From NCBI GenBank assembly GCA_021613535.1, contig CP075494.1, positions 15,934,001 through 15,998,000 of the forward strand: a DNA stretch of 64,000 nt, in the 5' to 3' direction. This document shows, piece by piece, positions 60,601 through 64,000 of the stretch (the stretch's first letter is position 1; each line of letters begins with the position of its first letter). The position numbers were made by a program, and so were the translations under genes. The stretch comes from Adineta vaga. Its lineage: Eukaryota > Animalia > Rotifera. A model generated the notes under the pieces. The model was not told where the DNA came from. It ran no database searches and saw only the letters and a list, made by a program, of their open reading frames with translations.

Positions 60601-63600
60601 AGCAGTCAATTGAAAGTGATAATGTGATATTTCGTGATTTCCACATGAAAGGATCTAATAATAATAACGAAAGCGATATAAAATTTCTTGGAAAGATAAA
60701 TTATGCAAATCTACCACCAAAAGATATCCCAGATCCAAGTTATGGACAATCAGTAATTGAATTGAAAGAATACATCTACAAAAGGGTCGTTAGTGTCAAC
60801 GAAGATGGTTCTCAATGGAAAGCAAAAAGTCTAAGTACATTCTCATCATATTTGGATTCTGCTTGGCAATGTATAGTAGCAACTGATTTTACTCTAACAT
60901 TTAAAAATTTGATGAATCGTCAATCATATGATGACCTACAAATATATCTTGCGAATTTTCGTGCTAAATTAGCCATTTATTATTCTTCGAAATATGATGA
61001 GGTTGAATCGAAATTACTTATTGATTTACGACAATATCAAACTAAATCAGAAGATATTAAACATGAAACGTGTCAAAGACTTATCCGTGAATATCAAGAA
61101 AAATTTATAGCAGCAGTACAAAAAGATGCAATTACAATCCACAATACAGTATTACAAGATTTGAAAGAGAAAGATAAGGTAATATTTTGCGATTTATGAT
61201 GTATCGATTCTATTTTTTATCGTAATTTATATTATCCGAAGGCAACAGAATTGAAAAGAAATGATTGATAATATCAAAGTCGTTTCTCCCCTCAATTGTT
61301 ATTCCTTACAATGCAGGAGATATCTCGAGAGGTTTTTCGATTTATTGGATTCATAAAAAAACAAATTGTATTTTGTACTTTTCCGAATCTCTGGTTTAAG
61401 AAGTTTTATATTAAGCGAGATAAAAAAGACATTGTTAGTCTAGAGAAATGAATTTAGTGTCTAGAATTGTGCCCCTTAATTGGGTCTGACCAGTCTAACA
61501 GATCGATAACAAAAACGTTGATTTAGCATTGCAATAGTGATGATTTAAAAAAATTAACTTTTGATTTCGTATCAGTGACAGATTTTCAGTCACGATACAC
61601 ATCTATATACGATAGACGAGAAGAGTAATCTTTTTCTGTGATCTCTATGTTATTTGGGAAAATATCAAACTTGCAAGTTCTTGCAAAAGACATCGTAGGA
61701 TTTTCAGATAGATTAGATTTTCCGTGCCACTGCAATACAATTAATAAATTATATTACGTTATCTGGGAACAATTGAGCGTTTTCATAAACATAACTTTTC
61801 AGATCCTTTTTGGCTTTCAGATAGATAGACAGAGCTAGAAAAGGTTGCAGATTTTATTTCTAGAACCCCAAAAATGGTATCCAAATTACGTTTCTAGCAT
61901 TATATACAACTAATAGAGACTTATAAAAACAATAGTTTACCTCGTATTCGCCATAAGCGACGATTAAAAGACTTTCTCTAAAGCCGTTTGAAACTTTAGA
62001 GAGCTGAAATTTTCTGATAAAGCTTTGAATATACATAGAAGATCATTTGTGTAGTTAACGAAGGACGATTATGAGAAGATCACTTTTATTCTCTATTTAA
62101 AAGACTTTCGTATTAAAGTACGTTCAAAGAAAGATAGACTAACTTTTCACTTCCCGACAGAAACCATGAAATTCAATAACTTTTACATTTCTTTTCAAGC
62201 TTTGGCAGCAATGGTTTATTGAAGAAAAGAAAAATTGGGAAATTTTTCATGATAACCAAAAAGCTCGTGCAGCATCACGTATAGAGCAATTAATAACGAC
62301 GCGTTTAATGTATGATAAAAAATTGATAGAATATCAACAAAAAATACGAATGACTATTAGCAAAAAATTTCACGACAAAACAATCGATGAAAAAAAGACA
62401 TTATCAGAAGATATAGAACAACAGAATAATGAATTCAATGAAATATTCTGTGCTATACTTCATGATTCTAAAAATACACAACAAAAAGAATCAGTCGAAG
62501 CAAGTATTTATAACACGTATAACCGAAATCATCTCGGTAAAGATTTCGACTTTTCGAAAAAGTTCCACGAAAGAAAACTCAAAAGTGGAAAAACAGGTTC
62601 ATTACTTCACCCGATAGACCGACTTCTCGCACACATTAATAATAATGCAAACCAAACAGAGGAAGAAACTCAATTTTTTGGTGAATTAGATATGAAGCTC
62701 AATACATTACTTAGCTCGGTAAAACGTTATGACGATGGTGTGACACAATCAGCGATTAACTTAACAGAAGCACAACTACAGGATTACCGTTACAAACGCA
62801 TAAAAATACGTGGACGTGCTCATCAATCAGTATATAATTCATTAGTAGAACATTTAACTCGAATTCATAATGAATGGGAAAATTCTAATTCCATTTCACT
62901 TCGTTTAGAAAGCGCAAAGGAGGACTTATTCGATTTTTTTCAGCATACTATAAAAGGCGTTGTTGGTGCGGATCTTTTACGAGCTGAACTAAAGTCAATA
63001 TTTAAATTACATTGGAGATGCGGATTTATCAATTCTATAGAAAATCTTGTTATTAATGGTTTACAAAGCGAAAGCTGGATAAATAATAGTCGAGTATTGT
63101 TAGCATATGCTGATTTGGAATTATTAGATTTAATTGAACAAGGAAAAATTGATTTAATGATCCAAAAGGTCACAAATGTATCATCACATTATCAAGAAAT
63201 TATTCAAAAACTAATTAGCAATCATGTTTCAACGAATGCAGAACAACGTTGGTTTTCTTATCGTAAGATGTTAGTTGATCTTTTACAATCAGTAGTTCTA
63301 GAAACAAGAAATTATCGAAATCCTATTTGTGAAGAGAATGAAAACGATCAAACAACTGTTGGAAAAGGAAGAACAAAATTCTTTTTAAATAAATTGTGTA
63401 CTAATTTGATGTCAAAACATTTGCCCCGTCCATTATTTGATTCTATACAAACATTGAATCTAGGTGATTATGAAATATGTGATGCACAATCCGTTGAAAC
63501 TTGGTCATCAATCATAGATGATGTCATAAGTGTTTTCCCAAATGAAAAAACTAAATTTGAATTAACTGAAATGGAAATTAAAACAATGATAGACCATATT

Positions 63601-64000
63601 TGTGATAGTTTAATTAATAATCAGGAAAACGAATCAATTCGATTACGATGCAGTATTTCGTGTCCAATATGTAAACTACCATGTAAACGTGCTGCCGGTC
63701 ATCATAACTTTTCAAATGATGAGAAACGTCGACATGATTGTGATCATCAACCAAGCGGTTTGGGGGGAGATCGCTGGGAGGATAACTATAGAAATACTTA
63801 TAATGAGTTATGTTATGAAGCTTGTGGTGATGTGGATATGCAGCGAATGGCGTTTAGAAAAGATGATATACATTATCCTTATTCTGAATTTTCAAAGCAA
63901 TATGACTGGAAACAACCTCTTCCATTAGTAAATCATTCGCTCGATATTCGCAAATACATATTTTTTAATTATCAAAAACAATTAGCTGAACTTTATGGAC
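57696..64000 (+). CDS. Very large inducible GTPase (VLIG/GVIN/URGCP-like), runs off the window; in-frame TGA at 58464-58466; intron 61179-62199; true 5' end unclear
   Basis: VLSILGEQSSGKSTLLN (G1), GMTTKG, LDTEG (G3), DNRLATF. Exon 62200 onward is open to the window end (missed by the ORF track) and has CSISCPICKLPC..H..HDCDHQPSGLGG. ORFs 57696 and 58506 share one frame across FVQ*LIDIL. Confidence 0.8.

Noticed and set aside
1-64000. tRNA, rRNA or spliced-leader RNA genes
   Set aside because: None recognised by eye; a covariance-model scan would be needed to exclude them

Overview
AT-rich eukaryotic genomic DNA with short GT-AG introns. It is most consistent with a bdelloid rotifer (inference: giant LDLa/EGF-7TM receptors, ADP-ribosyltransferase-TPR proteins, an F-box/LRR relic, a VLIG GTPase, TGTGGG telomere-type motifs). 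The left ~28 kb is gene-dense with mostly intact genes: LDLa/EGF-GPCR, TPR-like protein, a divergent intronless pair of UDP-sulfoquinovose synthase (SQD1/SqdB) and GT4 glycosyltransferase (SqdX/SQD2-like), a multi-exon fatty acyl-CoA reductase, ART-TPR and glycogen debranching enzyme. The right ~36 kb is transposon-rich and holds several damaged genes: a gamma-COP fragment, an env-like relic inside TIRs, a second LDLa/EGF-GPCR and a VLIG GTPase each with an in-frame stop, and an F-box relic. It also holds an SSUH2-like gene, a stand-alone ART, a CaaX repeat protein, a 2.3-kb TTAA-flanked foldback element, a satellite and MITEs. The strongest candidate for a new system is the apparently complete, host-embedded two-gene sulfoquinovose/sulfolipid module next to a fatty-alcohol-forming reductase. 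Second is a dispersed family of 50-80 bp hairpins built from inverted telomere-type repeats. All product calls come from motifs recognised by eye; no database search was run.
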